This document shows, piece by piece, positions 1 to 9,732 of a stretch of 39,703 nucleotides of DNA. The stretch covers positions 1 to 39,703 of IMG/VR virus record IMGVR_UViG_3300020045_009352, one strand, 5' to 3'. The notes beneath the pieces were generated by a model. That model worked only from the letters and a program-made list of their open reading frames with translations. It was not told the origin of the DNA and did not search any database. Within the stretch, counting starts at the first letter, position 1. The number at the start of each line of letters is the position of its first letter. Origin of the DNA: a virus. Taxonomy: Duplodnaviria; Caudoviricetes. The position numbers and the translations under genes were made by a program.

Positions 1-121
1 ATGGGAATCGATACCCATACTTATAAGTTTTGGGAAAAAGAAGTCGTTGAGAACCCATCGGAAGGAGAAGATCCTGTAAATTATAATCCTTTAGATAAAA
101 GATATTACTTCTTAAGGATGA
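1..121 (+). repeat. Terminal overlap, copy 1 (identical to 39583-39703)
   Basis: Exact 121-nt identity ATGGGAATCG...CTTAAGGATGA; it lies mid-gene, as expected for an assembly circularisation overlap. Confidence 0.97.
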
Positions 122-705
122 GCGAGGTATTTAATTCCGTAACGATGATATCAACCGGCCTATCACAAACAGGTACATCAGCAAAGTACTACAGAGAAAG
201 CTATGCCGGCCTTTCGTTTACTGACATTATACAAACCTATTACTTAACCATGCAAAGTATATTGGACAGGTTTATCAGTGTTATTGCCGAAATGTGGCTA
301 AAGGATGTAGATATTATCCATTTCGACTTTAGGAAAGTTTACTACATCGAGCAGCTTTCAAACTACTTTATTGTAAATAAGATTAATAATTATATCCCAG
401 GCAAGCCTACGCAGGTAGAACTTATACGCGTATTGTATTCAGAACCACCCGCTATAACAACACCTATTCAAATAACAAATTATGTAGTAGATGGCCTGCA
501 AGTAACTATAGACTACATACTGAATGCCGAAATAGATACATTCATATTCGAGGTATCAACCGATGGCGGCGTTACATGGAGTGGCACTATAGCTTTTTAC
601 ATACCAAGCCCGATAGTATTAAATGTAGACGGCCCCGGCGTGTACTACTTCAGGCTAAAATTTCAGGAATCATATTCAAATATAATAACCGTAACTGTAA
701 TATAA
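1..705 (+). CDS. 3' part of the tail (baseplate hub/tip-like) protein that starts at 38095; C-terminal FN3/Ig-like domain
   Basis: In frame with ATG 38095 across the junction (39583-38095 = 496 codons; joined product about 730 aa). The C-terminus FEVSTDGGVTWS...YYFRLKF..YSN resembles FN3. Confidence 0.75.
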   Translation: MGIDTHTYKFWEKEVVENPSEGEDPVNYNPLDKRYYFLRMSEVFNSVTMISTGLSQTGTSAKYYRESYAGLSFTDIIQTYYLTMQSILDRFISVIAEMWLKDVDIIHFDFRKVYYIEQLSNYFIVNKINNYIPGKPTQVELIRVLYSEPPAITTPIQITNYVVDGLQVTIDYILNAEIDTFIFEVSTDGGVTWSGTIAFYIPSPIVLNVDGPGVYYFRLKFQESYSNIITVTVI

Positions 706-707
706 CC

Positions 708-3700
708 ATGGCAGGAGAAAGAATAAACTTAGCAACATTAGATCTTGATGTTCAGGACCTGATAAAGAAAGCAACTGAATCAAAACAATCACTTATAGCA
801 CTTAGGTCCGAACAGGCCGAACTTAAAAAATCAGGTCAGGAAGGGTCTGAGCAGTTCGTAAGGAATGAGGTTGAGATGCGCAACCTTACCGCCACTTATC
901 GTTTGCAAACTACAGCCATACAAGCCCAGGTATCTGAAGGTGGCCGGTTGCAGAATGCCCAGATGTCCATCAATGAAGCAACGAGCAGGCTTAACCAAAC
1001 TGAAAATGAGTACCGCGCTAACAACACGCTACTGCTGAAGTTGAGAAAAGACCTTAATATAAATGATGCTGATTATAAAAAGAATCTTGATGCGATTAAT
1101 GCTAAACTTGATGCAAACAACGAATTTATAAAAGAGAATGTTTCGGGTTACGAAAAGCAGAAAATAGGTATAGGGGATTACAAAACCGCCATCAAAGAAG
1201 CTATTAATGATACTGGTGTTTTCGGTGGTTCTTTAGGGGCGCTTAAGGCAGACTTTGACCAAGTCGTAAATATTACAAAATCTTTTGCGCCAATATTGGG
1301 CGACCTTAAAGGCAGGTGGCTTGAGGTAGCTAAGTCTATGGGCTTATTTAAAACTGCCCAGGATGCAGCCACCGCTGCAACTACAGCATCTACAGCAGCC
1401 ACCGAGGCTGCAACCGCCGCCGCCGCAACACAAGCAGCAGCAGAAGATACATTGGCCGCTTCAACAGCAGCTGTTGTGGTTGAGACTGATGCGTTAGCGG
1501 TTAGCGAAGCAGCCGCCGCCATTACCACAGAAGCGCAGGCGGTGGCGACGGGTTCGTTAGTGATTGCAGAAGAGGCAGCTATAGGAACTACAGGCTTACT
1601 GATTGCTGAAACTGAAGCTTTAGCGGTTGTAGATGGCATAGTTGCTACAGAAACGGCGATACTCACAGGAGAAACAGCAGCATTGGCAGCTACACAGGTA
1701 GCGGGTGCGGGTGCATCAACAGTAGCGGCTGGCGCTACCGGTATATTATCCGGAGCGTTAGCAATACTTCAGCTGGTTTTAGATTCATTAGGCATAGGCC
1801 TTATATTACTTGCATTGGTTTTGTTGATAGCTGCTTTCAGAAACTTTACCCCGCTTATAGATTTAGTAGAACAGGGGCTTGCAGCTATGGGCGCTGCTTT
1901 TAAAGTGGTGCTTAATGCAGTAATAGCACTGGTTACCGGTGCGGCATCATTAGGGGATGCGTTCTCAGGTCTTGGTAGTGATATGGATGAAGCCGCCTCT
2001 TCTGCTGTCAAGTTAAAGAAAGCGCAGCAGGATCTGGAGGATCAAATGAAATTACAGGAAATTGCAACCGCCCGTAACCGCGCCGAAATAAACAGGCTTA
2101 ATATTCAGGCAAAGGATAGGACAAAATCAGAAGAGGAACGTTTGGCATTGCTGAAAAAAGCATCACAGTTAGAGGATGACGACTACAATGCTCGTAAAAA
2201 AAATGCAGATGAGCAATACAGGCAGGCGCTTGAACAAGCTAAATTGGATGCTAACCTTAGTGATGCCGAATTCGCAAAGCTTAAAGAAATTACAGACTTG
2301 CAGATAAACAGCGATGCTAACCTTACCGCTAAAGAACAGGACCAGTTAAACGCCCGGGCCTCTAAATATAAAGAGTTCTTGGAAGATAGAACCGGCGGGG
2401 TTGATGACTTGTATAAAACTATCGAAGATGCCCAAAAAAAGGAGCTTGAATTAGATAGCGAGTATTACACCAACATGGAAAAAAACATCAATAAGCAAAA
2501 CAAACTTATTGAGGATGCTGATAAAGCAAGGGAGGATGCAGCCAAAGCCCAGGAGAAAAGGCAGGCTGATGCCGAAAAGGCAGAAACGGCCAGGCAAAAG
2601 AAAATACAGGATGCGCTTGATATGTATACTGAAAAACTAAAATTACAGCTTCAACTATTTGAGCAGGTACAAGGGGAAAAATTCAAATCGGTTGATGAAG
2701 AGATTAAGCAGGCCGAAAAGCTTAGGGATAAAAACATTGAAATAGCGCAGGCCCAATACAACGCCTCAAAGAAAACAGCTAACGACTTAAAGAAGTTACG
2801 CATAGCAACCAACGATGCGCAATTAAAACTAATGGCCACGCAAACCGATGCCGTTGTTAAGAACGCCGAAAACGAGTACACCGCCATCATTGCAGCCAAT
2901 CAGTCTAAGCTTGATAATAACAAGTTTCTTAATGATGAAATGGTTAAGCAGGAGCTTGCAAGGCTTGACGTTGTATCGCAGGCAGAGCGCGACCGGGCCC
3001 AGGTTGATTTTGATAATAAGATAATTTCGCAGCAGGCTTTAGATATTGAGCTTGCAAAAATAGACGATGAGAATCAAAAAAGCAAAGTAGCTTTAGCACA
3101 ACAGCGCAAAGAAGCCCAGCAGGCCGCTGATGTGGCGGATATCGAAAATAAAAAGATAGTAGCGGGTATCAACTACCAGTATGATCTTGATGCCCAGTTG
3201 GCCGACTACGACAAGCAAAGGGCAATACAAAGGGAGGCAGCCTTAAAAATGGGCGCTGACATGTTGGCATTCGATGCGGCAACAGCTGATGGCCGTAAAA
3301 AAATAGAGCAAACAGTACAGGATAATAAACTTGCTTTAGCCAGCGCAACATTTGCTAACCTCTCAAATATTGCGGGTAGAGAGAGTGCGCTTGGCAAAGC
3401 GTTGGCTATTGCGCAAACTACTATCGACACCTACAGGGGCGCTACATCTGCTTTTGCATCATTAGCCACTATTGTACCGTACGGGCCGGTATTAGGAGCA
3501 GCCGCCGCCGCCGCCGCCATCGTATCGGGATTAGCTAATGTTAAAAAGATTGCATCAACAAAAACACCTAAAGCTGAAAGGGGCGCATTATTTGGTATTG
3601 GCGGTAAAAGGCATAGCGCGGGCGGTACACTGTTTACTGGTGCAGACGGTACACGTTTTGAAGCTGAACAAGGAGAACTCATAGGTGTTATGAATCGTAA

Positions 3701-3986
3701 CGCCGCCGCACACTTTATGGCGTTTAACAATGCGTTCCCAGCAGGCGGTAGCAGTGGAGTATCGAACTATCTTGCAAGTGGTGGTATGGTATCGCGTGAA
3801 ATCAGAAGTAGCGCATCAGATGTATTGTCTTTAGATTATGATTTGCTTGCTTCTAAAATTGGAGCGCAAACTGCAATTGCCACATCTATAGCAGTAAGTA
3901 ACATGCCAGCTCCGGTTGTTTCGGTTCACGACATAGTTGATGTAAACAGCAGGGTTGTCAATGTCAGAAGCGGCGCAAATTTATAA
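708..3986 (+). CDS. Tail tape measure protein (about 1092 aa)
   Basis: Long coiled-coil with an Ala-rich/hydrophobic segment and a C-terminal GG.RH..GG...EAE.GE motif typical of TMPs. Start moved from 576 to ATG 708, just after the upstream TAA. Confidence 0.85.
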   Translation: MAGERINLATLDLDVQDLIKKATESKQSLIALRSEQAELKKSGQEGSEQFVRNEVEMRNLTATYRLQTTAIQAQVSEGGRLQNAQMSINEATSRLNQTENEYRANNTLLLKLRKDLNINDADYKKNLDAINAKLDANNEFIKENVSGYEKQKIGIGDYKTAIKEAINDTGVFGGSLGALKADFDQVVNITKSFAPILGDLKGRWLEVAKSMGLFKTAQDAATAATTASTAATEAATAAAATQAAAEDTLAASTAAVVVETDALAVSEAAAAITTEAQAVATGSLVIAEEAAIGTTGLLIAETEALAVVDGIVATETAILTGETAALAATQVAGAGASTVAAGATGILSGALAILQLVLDSLGIGLILLALVLLIAAFRNFTPLIDLVEQGLAAMGAAFKVVLNAVIALVTGAASLGDAFSGLGSDMDEAASSAVKLKKAQQDLEDQMKLQEIATARNRAEINRLNIQAKDRTKSEEERLALLKKASQLEDDDYNARKKNADEQYRQALEQAKLDANLSDAEFAKLKEITDLQINSDANLTAKEQDQLNARASKYKEFLEDRTGGVDDLYKTIEDAQKKELELDSEYYTNMEKNINKQNKLIEDADKAREDAAKAQEKRQADAEKAETARQKKIQDALDMYTEKLKLQLQLFEQVQGEKFKSVDEEIKQAEKLRDKNIEIAQAQYNASKKTANDLKKLRIATNDAQLKLMATQTDAVVKNAENEYTAIIAANQSKLDNNKFLNDEMVKQELARLDVVSQAERDRAQVDFDNKIISQQALDIELAKIDDENQKSKVALAQQRKEAQQAADVADIENKKIVAGINYQYDLDAQLADYDKQRAIQREAALKMGADMLAFDAATADGRKKIEQTVQDNKLALASATFANLSNIAGRESALGKALAIAQTTIDTYRGATSAFASLATIVPYGPVLGAAAAAAAIVSGLANVKKIASTKTPKAERGALFGIGGKRHSAGGTLFTGADGTRFEAEQGELIGVMNRNAAAHFMAFNNAFPAGGSSGVSNYLASGGMVSREIRSSASDVLSLDYDLLASKIGAQTAIATSIAVSNMPAPVVSVHDIVDVNSRVVNVRSGANL

Positions 3987-3989
3987 GCT

Positions 3990-4235
3990 ATGATTCCAAT
4001 CATTAACATATTAACCGGATGGAAAAACTACCTTGATAAAAGCGAGGTGGTAGAAAAAGTAGCTAAGGAGCGGGCGGCAATTTGTGCCGTTTGCCCTTTT
4101 GCAAAACAAGGTAAATTGCTTACATTTGTAAAAGACACTTTAACCGAAGTGCAGGGAGCTTATTGTTCTGAATGCGGTTGCCCGTTATCTGCAAAAATAA
4201 GGTCTCATGATATTTGCCCAAAACTAAAATGGTAA
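3990..4235 (+). CDS. Small Cys-rich (Zn-finger-like) phage protein
   Basis: CAVC...CSECGC...CP..KW pattern. Confidence 0.7.
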   Translation: MIPIINILTGWKNYLDKSEVVEKVAKERAAICAVCPFAKQGKLLTFVKDTLTEVQGAYCSECGCPLSAKIRSHDICPKLKW

Positions 4236-4481
4236 ATGAACCGCTATGAAACTATAGTCAATAATGAGAAAACAATTCTAAGCCTGATCTGCAAAAACAT
4301 TGTCCCGGTTCACATACTGGATTGGAAAGTTTACTATGAAGCCTACCTTCAGGATTTAAATAACCAAAAGAAAAATTGCTCAAAGGTAAAAGTAATGGAG
4401 GCCATGAAAACAGTTGCCGCTAATTACGATGTAAGCAACAGGCACATGCAAAGGATAGTCGCTTATATGGAAGCATCATAA
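4236..4481 (+). CDS. Small HTH-like protein, candidate late-gene regulator
   Basis: C-terminal AMKTVAANYDVSNRHMQRIV resembles a helix-turn-helix. Confidence 0.5.
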   Translation: MNRYETIVNNEKTILSLICKNIVPVHILDWKVYYEAYLQDLNNQKKNCSKVKVMEAMKTVAANYDVSNRHMQRIVAYMEAS

Positions 4482-4483
4482 AT

Positions 4484-4515
4484 AAAAAAAGCCGGTATTA
4501 GTTACCGGCTTTTTT
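4484..4515. terminator. Bidirectional intrinsic terminator
   Basis: A7-GCCGGTA-TTAGT-TACCGGC-T6 between convergent ORFs. Confidence 0.9.
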
Positions 4516-4771
4516 ATGGGTTAAGCAGTTCTTTAAATTTGTTTTCTGCTTCTATATCTTCTAAATATTCAATCCTATTTAATGGGATGCCGTCCGGATT
4601 ATTCTTAGCCATCCACTTTAAATACTGGTTATAATCCCTACCGTTCCGTATTTTTTGCTGATGCTGGGCGATATAACCATTCTTAGATTTAGGTATAAAG
4701 AAGCGAACCGTTTTTATAACGGCCATCCCTATAGCTATACAGCAAATTAATAATCCAGTTATCCACCACAT
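4514..4771 (-). CDS. Small membrane-anchored protein (moron-like)
   Basis: N-terminal TM helix MWWITGLLICCIAIGMAVI; opposite strand, with its own promoter motif and terminator. Confidence 0.7.
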   Translation of the reverse strand: MWWITGLLICCIAIGMAVIKTVRFFIPKSKNGYIAQHQQKIRNGRDYNQYLKWMAKNNPDGIPLNRIEYLEDIEAENKFKELLNP

Positions 4772-4776
4772 AAACG

Positions 4777-4830
4777 CAAATATACGACATAACCGTGTCG
4801 TTAAACATCTTTTTTACCTATCTAATTTTA
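4777..4830. promoter_or_regulatory. Divergent promoter region with dyad ACGACA-N6-TGTCGT
   Basis: Leftward TATATTTG (CAAATATA, 4777-4784), inverted repeat 4784-4801, and a degenerate rightward -7 element TAATTTTA (4823-4830). Confidence 0.6.
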
Positions 4831-4834
4831 CAAC

Positions 4835-5896
4835 ATGATAGGAAATATTTATATAAGCGGACAAATTGGAGAGTTCGACGGGGTAACAGGTGTTACTCTC
4901 ATAGATGTTATTAGCCAGGTTAAAAAGCAACCTGATGCTATTTCATTCAACGTGCATATAAATTCAGAGGGTGGCCTTGTAGATGTTGGCTTTGATATTT
5001 TTTATTACCTCAAAGCCTTAGGTAAACCCGTAACCACTATAGGCAGCGGTATCGTTGCATCTATAGCCACGGTTATTTTCATGGCAGGAAGCACAAGGAT
5101 GGTAAGAGAGAACACTCCTTTCATGATTCACATGCCCTGGGGTGGTGGTGCCGGAAATGCTGATGAGCTTGAAGCTTTTACTGCTGAACTACGCAACATT
5201 GAAAAAAAGCTGACTGACTTCTACAAAAAAGAATTGAGCCTTGAATCTGAAGCTGTAGAGCCACTTCTTAAAAACGAAACATGGCTTAGCCCTGAACAGC
5301 TCGACACATTGGGCTTCACAAACTCGCAGCCGGTTAAAGCTGTAGCAGTTGTTAAAACGAATTTCAAACCTAATAATAATGATATGACAGAGAAAGACAA
5401 AAGCTGGATGGAAGGCCTATTCAGTAAGGTGCTTGCTAAATTTTCAGGCGCAAAAGCAATGATTGTTCAGGATGCCAATGGTACCGAGATTGACTTTGCT
5501 GGTTTGGCCGATGGCGACACGGTCGCAGTAGGAGCAACGGCAACCGTAGACGGCGCGCCTGCTGATGGCGAATACACGCTGCCTGATGGTACTACCTATG
5601 TGTTTGCAGCAGGTTCGCTTACCGAAATTAAGCCTGCTGAATCAGGAGACAACGCAGAGCTTGATACTGCTAACGCACGTATCGCAGAGCTTGAAGCGGA
5701 ACTGGTAGCAGCCAAAGCAGAAACAACTACAACTACTACAGCAATGGCTTCTATAAAAAAAGAGGTTGAGGATTTAAAAACTCAAATCTTTTCAAAGTAC
5801 AAGCTTGATGGTAAAGTTGACCCTAAGAAAAAAACAGAACCAGCAGACAGGGCGGCTGGTCTAAAGAATTATTTAGAAACCAAAAAAGGTAAATAA
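4835..5896 (+). CDS. ClpP-like prohead protease fused to a scaffold-like region
   Basis: INSEGG, IVASIAT (Ser), FMIHMP (His) and ETWLS..LGF motifs; coiled-coil C-terminus; directly upstream of the capsid gene. Confidence 0.9.
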   Translation: MIGNIYISGQIGEFDGVTGVTLIDVISQVKKQPDAISFNVHINSEGGLVDVGFDIFYYLKALGKPVTTIGSGIVASIATVIFMAGSTRMVRENTPFMIHMPWGGGAGNADELEAFTAELRNIEKKLTDFYKKELSLESEAVEPLLKNETWLSPEQLDTLGFTNSQPVKAVAVVKTNFKPNNNDMTEKDKSWMEGLFSKVLAKFSGAKAMIVQDANGTEIDFAGLADGDTVAVGATATVDGAPADGEYTLPDGTTYVFAAGSLTEIKPAESGDNAELDTANARIAELEAELVAAKAETTTTTTAMASIKKEVEDLKTQIFSKYKLDGKVDPKKKTEPADRAAGLKNYLETKKGK

Positions 5897-5898
5897 CA

Positions 5899-6960
5899 AT
5901 GGCATCAGTAATAGACGCAACAGCTTTAACGCTGAACCCTCGTGAGACCGAAATGGTAAACGAGGTAATTTTTGAGAGGGTTTTCCTTAATGGGGAACTA
6001 TCTGAATTCCACGACATTGAGACAGGCATCGATATGAAAACACAAATCGTGTTTGGTGGTAAAATAGGCTTGTTAGGTAAAACATCTTCAGGATGTGTAC
6101 CAAATGATGCTACCGGTTTAACTTTTGCTGAAAAGTATTGGGACCCGGCTATTGAAGATTTTAGGCTTAAACATTGCCAGGCAGATATGCCAAAACTGCT
6201 TAAGCTTTTCAAAGGCGCTAAGAAAATGAACCCTGATTTTTACGATGCTGTAGGCTCGGAAGAGTTTGGCGTAATCATCTCTGTTGTTGAAGATGCCATG
6301 ATTGAGAACCTGCACCGCAAGGTTTGGTTTAACGATAAAAATGCAGCGCTTGCTTCAGGCGGTGGAGTGTTTAAAGCGGGTACCGACTTAGGATACTGGA
6401 ACAGCTTTGACGGTTTGTTTAAACAGATATACGCAGATGTCCCAACAACAGCATCTAACTATGTGGCTATTACAGCCAACGCAGGAACAACTTATGCAGG
6501 CCAAGTCCTTGCATCTGATGCTGCTGTGGCTATTTTAGGCAGTATGTTTACTTCTGCTGATAGCAGGCTTTTAGAAGATGCTGATGCTTTTTTCCTTGTT
6601 ACAAGGTCTATAGCTGATAACTATAGGGCTACACTTCGTAATAAAAATCTTGGTGCTGGATTCCTTGAGGTTGTTGAGGGCGGTCGTTCTAAACTTTACT
6701 TTGAGGGTATCGAAGTTAAAACTCGTTACGACTGGGATCGCAACATCAAGGCTTACCAGGACAACGGTACAAAATACAACTTACCAAACCGCGCAATACT
6801 TACCACCAAAGCCAACATCCCTTTAGGCACTCTAAGTGAGGAAGACCTTAAAAAGCTTGAAGTGTTTTACGATAAGACTCTTAAAACAAACATCATCGAT
6901 GGTGTTTATAGCATAGATGCTAAGCACATGGAAAAATACATGACAGTAGCTGCTTACTAA
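5899..6960 (+). CDS. Major capsid protein
   Basis: 353 aa, follows the protease, followed by a terminator; composition fits an HK97-fold MCP. Confidence 0.8.
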   Translation: MASVIDATALTLNPRETEMVNEVIFERVFLNGELSEFHDIETGIDMKTQIVFGGKIGLLGKTSSGCVPNDATGLTFAEKYWDPAIEDFRLKHCQADMPKLLKLFKGAKKMNPDFYDAVGSEEFGVIISVVEDAMIENLHRKVWFNDKNAALASGGGVFKAGTDLGYWNSFDGLFKQIYADVPTTASNYVAITANAGTTYAGQVLASDAAVAILGSMFTSADSRLLEDADAFFLVTRSIADNYRATLRNKNLGAGFLEVVEGGRSKLYFEGIEVKTRYDWDRNIKAYQDNGTKYNLPNRAILTTKANIPLGTLSEEDLKKLEVFYDKTLKTNIIDGVYSIDAKHMEKYMTVAAY

Positions 6961-6974
6961 GCAGCTACTTTTTT
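6945..6974 (+). terminator. Intrinsic terminator overlapping the MCP stop codon
   Basis: AGTAGCTGCTT-ACT-AAGCAGCTACT followed by a T run. Confidence 0.8.
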
Positions 6975-6995
6975 AACCTCATAAAAATATAGATT

Positions 6996-7871
6996 ATGCC
7001 TATAGATTGCACAGGCCAGTTAACGGCCGATATACTTTTTGATTGTGCTAACCCGTCGGTGGCGGGTATAGAGCAAAACGTGGTGCTTATCAATAAAGAT
7101 GATATTGATGTAGCAAACAGCACTCTTGATCCGGACAACCCACTAAAGGTTACTAACATCCAACTCAAGCCCGGCAAAACAGGTTACAAACTTACTGGTG
7201 TTAAGCAAAGCAACGGTAAGGCGTGGGAGCTTGTTAAAAAAGACAATGCCCCTGATAAATTCAAGCACACCTTTACCGGCGTGATATTTAACCCAAGCCT
7301 TGAAAACAAAGCCCAGGCTTACAACCTTAGTAAAGGCAGTAAGTACGTTGTGGTTGTAGAACAGGTTTGGAAAGGCCAGGATAGTGCAGATGCCTTTGAA
7401 GTTCTTGGATGGAATTCAGGCCTTGAACTTTCTACCATGACCAACAGTTCTAAAGAGAACGACAACATGATCATGTTTGAGTTGGCCAGTGCTGACGGTT
7501 ACGAAGAAGGTACCATGGCTAAAACCTACCTTGATGGCACGTATGCCACTACTAAAACAACGTTCGATAACAGCTTCTCACAAGCAACTGTTACGCCTAC
7601 AATTACAAACGTAAACATTAGCGCACCAACTGCTGCTACAGGTACAGTTGGCACAGCGTTCACATTACAGCTGGTAGCCACCAACACGCCTACCGTGTTT
7701 ACTTTGTTCAGCGGTGGCCCACTACCAACCGGATTAAGTTTGAACAACAGCACCGGCCTTATATCTGGCACACCTACAGCGGCTAATGCAGGGGCATCCT
7801 ATGTGTTTACCGCGACCAACGCACAAGGAACAGGCCCACAAAAAACGCTGTTCTTTAAAGTTAATGCGTAA
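6996..7871 (+). CDS. Major tail (tube) protein with C-terminal Ig-like (He_PIG-type) domain
   Basis: About 195-aa beta-rich N domain plus PLPTGLSLNNSTGLISGTPT Ig signature. Confidence 0.7.
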   Translation: MPIDCTGQLTADILFDCANPSVAGIEQNVVLINKDDIDVANSTLDPDNPLKVTNIQLKPGKTGYKLTGVKQSNGKAWELVKKDNAPDKFKHTFTGVIFNPSLENKAQAYNLSKGSKYVVVVEQVWKGQDSADAFEVLGWNSGLELSTMTNSSKENDNMIMFELASADGYEEGTMAKTYLDGTYATTKTTFDNSFSQATVTPTITNVNISAPTAATGTVGTAFTLQLVATNTPTVFTLFSGGPLPTGLSLNNSTGLISGTPTAANAGASYVFTATNAQGTGPQKTLFFKVNA

Positions 7872-8572
7872 TGGATTTTACACAGCTTGATATCAACGCC
7901 ATCATTACCGGTCAAACGGATGGTGGCGTTCGTTATCTGGAGTTGTTTCTAAAAGAATACACCTCGATCTTTAGTGAAGCAGTCAACCCAGGCTGCAACA
8001 AATGTTTAACCACGTACTTGGAAAAGTACAAAAAACACTTTTACAAAATGTCAAATACAACAGGATACATATTAAAAGCAAAATACGAGAACCTACCGTT
8101 GGAGTTCGGTTCTCCTATACTGGTAAACAACGGTAATATTACCGAGGAATATGCTCGTAAATTGCTGGAGCACCCCGATGGCGAACGCTACTTTGAGAGC
8201 ATGCCGGAACAAATTGAAGATGCAGAAGCTGATAAGCTAAAGGCTGCTGTAATTAAAGCACGGGCTAAGGTTGACGGCTTAACGCCTGATGCTAAAAAGC
8301 AGGTGGTTACACTGGCTAACAATGCGCTTACCAAAGCACAAAAGGCATTGGAAGATTACAAAGAAACCTTAGCTAAAAAAACAGAACAGGAAGATGTAGA
8401 CCAGGATGCAGCCAACGAAATTGAAGTAATCCTTACTGCTGAAGATGTTGAGAACCCTGAACTTGCAGAAGCTGGGTTTAAAGCCGGGGATGTAGTTGTG
8501 GCTGATGCTAACGACTACAACGACGGCGTGTTGACTATTTTAAGGCTTAAGAATGAAGTAACACCTGAATAA
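7871..8572 (+). CDS. Hypothetical virion-module protein
   Basis: Translationally coupled ORF with a CNKC motif and acidic/coiled-coil C-terminus. Confidence 0.6.
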   Translation: MDFTQLDINAIITGQTDGGVRYLELFLKEYTSIFSEAVNPGCNKCLTTYLEKYKKHFYKMSNTTGYILKAKYENLPLEFGSPILVNNGNITEEYARKLLEHPDGERYFESMPEQIEDAEADKLKAAVIKARAKVDGLTPDAKKQVVTLANNALTKAQKALEDYKETLAKKTEQEDVDQDAANEIEVILTAEDVENPELAEAGFKAGDVVVADANDYNDGVLTILRLKNEVTPE

Positions 8573-8574
8573 CC

Positions 8575-9732
8575 ATGCGCACGCTACTCATAGATATTTG
8601 GAAACGGTACACGCCGTTTACAAAGTCTACAGAAATACATAGCAACGATACTGATAACGCCTATCCTGAACGCATGGATAGGCTTATTAATAATAGTGTA
8701 ACCGCAAAGAGCGCGGCTGCTATGATGGTTCAGTATCTTATCGGCAAAGGGTATGGCGTTGATGTTGATAGTCTGATTATTAACAAAGATAAAAACCTCA
8801 AGCTGGTAGACTTTGCCGATGACGTGGCCGATGACCTTGCAAAGCAGCGTGGCGTGTTTATTCACGTCAACTGGAATGCGATGTATCAAATTGTAGATAT
8901 GGCCGTAATTCCTTTTGAGTGGTGTCGTGTAGGTAAGAAGGATAGTAAAGATTGGGCGGGTAAAATTATCATTCATAGGGATTGGCCAAAGTTCAAAAAA
9001 GGAGAAGGCGAATTTATCGATGTATACAACCCTCGTAAAAAAGTGATTGATGCGCAGGTTGAAAAGGCCGGTGGCTGGGATAAATACAAAGGGCAAATTC
9101 TTTTCATTAACATGGATAGTAAATTGATCTACCCATTGTCCCGTATCGAAGCCGTGGCTAATGATTGTGATAGTGAAGCGCAATCTGCTGTATATAAAAA
9201 CAGGCTTTTACGTAAAGGCTTTTTTGGTAATACACTTGTGGTAACACGGCCATTGGTAGGGGAGGGTTTAGAGCCTGGCAGCACCGCATTAATTGACGCA
9301 GAAAGTGAGCGTGAAAAATTCCAGAAAGCCATTAAAGATAGTTTGGGTGCTGAAAACACCGGCGGTGTGCTTTGCCTTGAAATGGACTTTGCAGGCGAAA
9401 AGCTTGAAGACGCTATCCTTATCAAGCAGATTGAAAGCAATATTGATGATAAGCTTTTTAATTATACCGAAACGAGTGTACGCGAAAACATTTTAGTAGC
9501 TTTCAATAACCTGCCTGCTGGCCTTATGAAAACCAATGACACGGCTATGTTTGGCAATTCAGGGGAGGCTATCCGGGAAATGAAAAATATGTACTGGGAA
9601 AATACCAATAAGGAGCGCAACCTGCTTACCGCTACAATAAACTTACTGCTTTCAAAATCACAAGATCATTCGGGTGTAATTATCCAACCTACAAAACTAA
9701 TAGAAGATGCAGTTACTAATAACGAGGTCTGA
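8575..9732 (+). CDS. Portal protein
   Basis: 385 aa; ..G.EN.GG.L, ILVAFNNLPAGLM and helical C-terminus resemble portal proteins. Confidence 0.75.
   Translation: MRTLLIDIWKRYTPFTKSTEIHSNDTDNAYPERMDRLINNSVTAKSAAAMMVQYLIGKGYGVDVDSLIINKDKNLKLVDFADDVADDLAKQRGVFIHVNWNAMYQIVDMAVIPFEWCRVGKKDSKDWAGKIIIHRDWPKFKKGEGEFIDVYNPRKKVIDAQVEKAGGWDKYKGQILFINMDSKLIYPLSRIEAVANDCDSEAQSAVYKNRLLRKGFFGNTLVVTRPLVGEGLEPGSTALIDAESEREKFQKAIKDSLGAENTGGVLCLEMDFAGEKLEDAILIKQIESNIDDKLFNYTETSVRENILVAFNNLPAGLMKTNDTAMFGNSGEAIREMKNMYWENTNKERNLLTATINLLLSKSQDHSGVIIQPTKLIEDAVTNNEV

Noticed and set aside
576-707. N-terminal extension of the TMP in the ORF track
   Set aside because: Overlaps the upstream gene; ATG 708 directly after its stop is more plausible.
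1178-3730. Minus-strand ORFs under the TMP (and similar ones under portal, terL and helicase)
   Set aside because: Antisense shadows of biased codon usage, with no motifs or expression signals.
4759-4767. DnaA box TTATCCACC
   Set aside because: Single 8/9 match inside a coding region; expected by chance.
7860-8575. Tail-chaperone programmed frameshift after the tube gene
   Set aside because: No convincing slippery site with an extending frame; the next gene is the portal, not the TMP.
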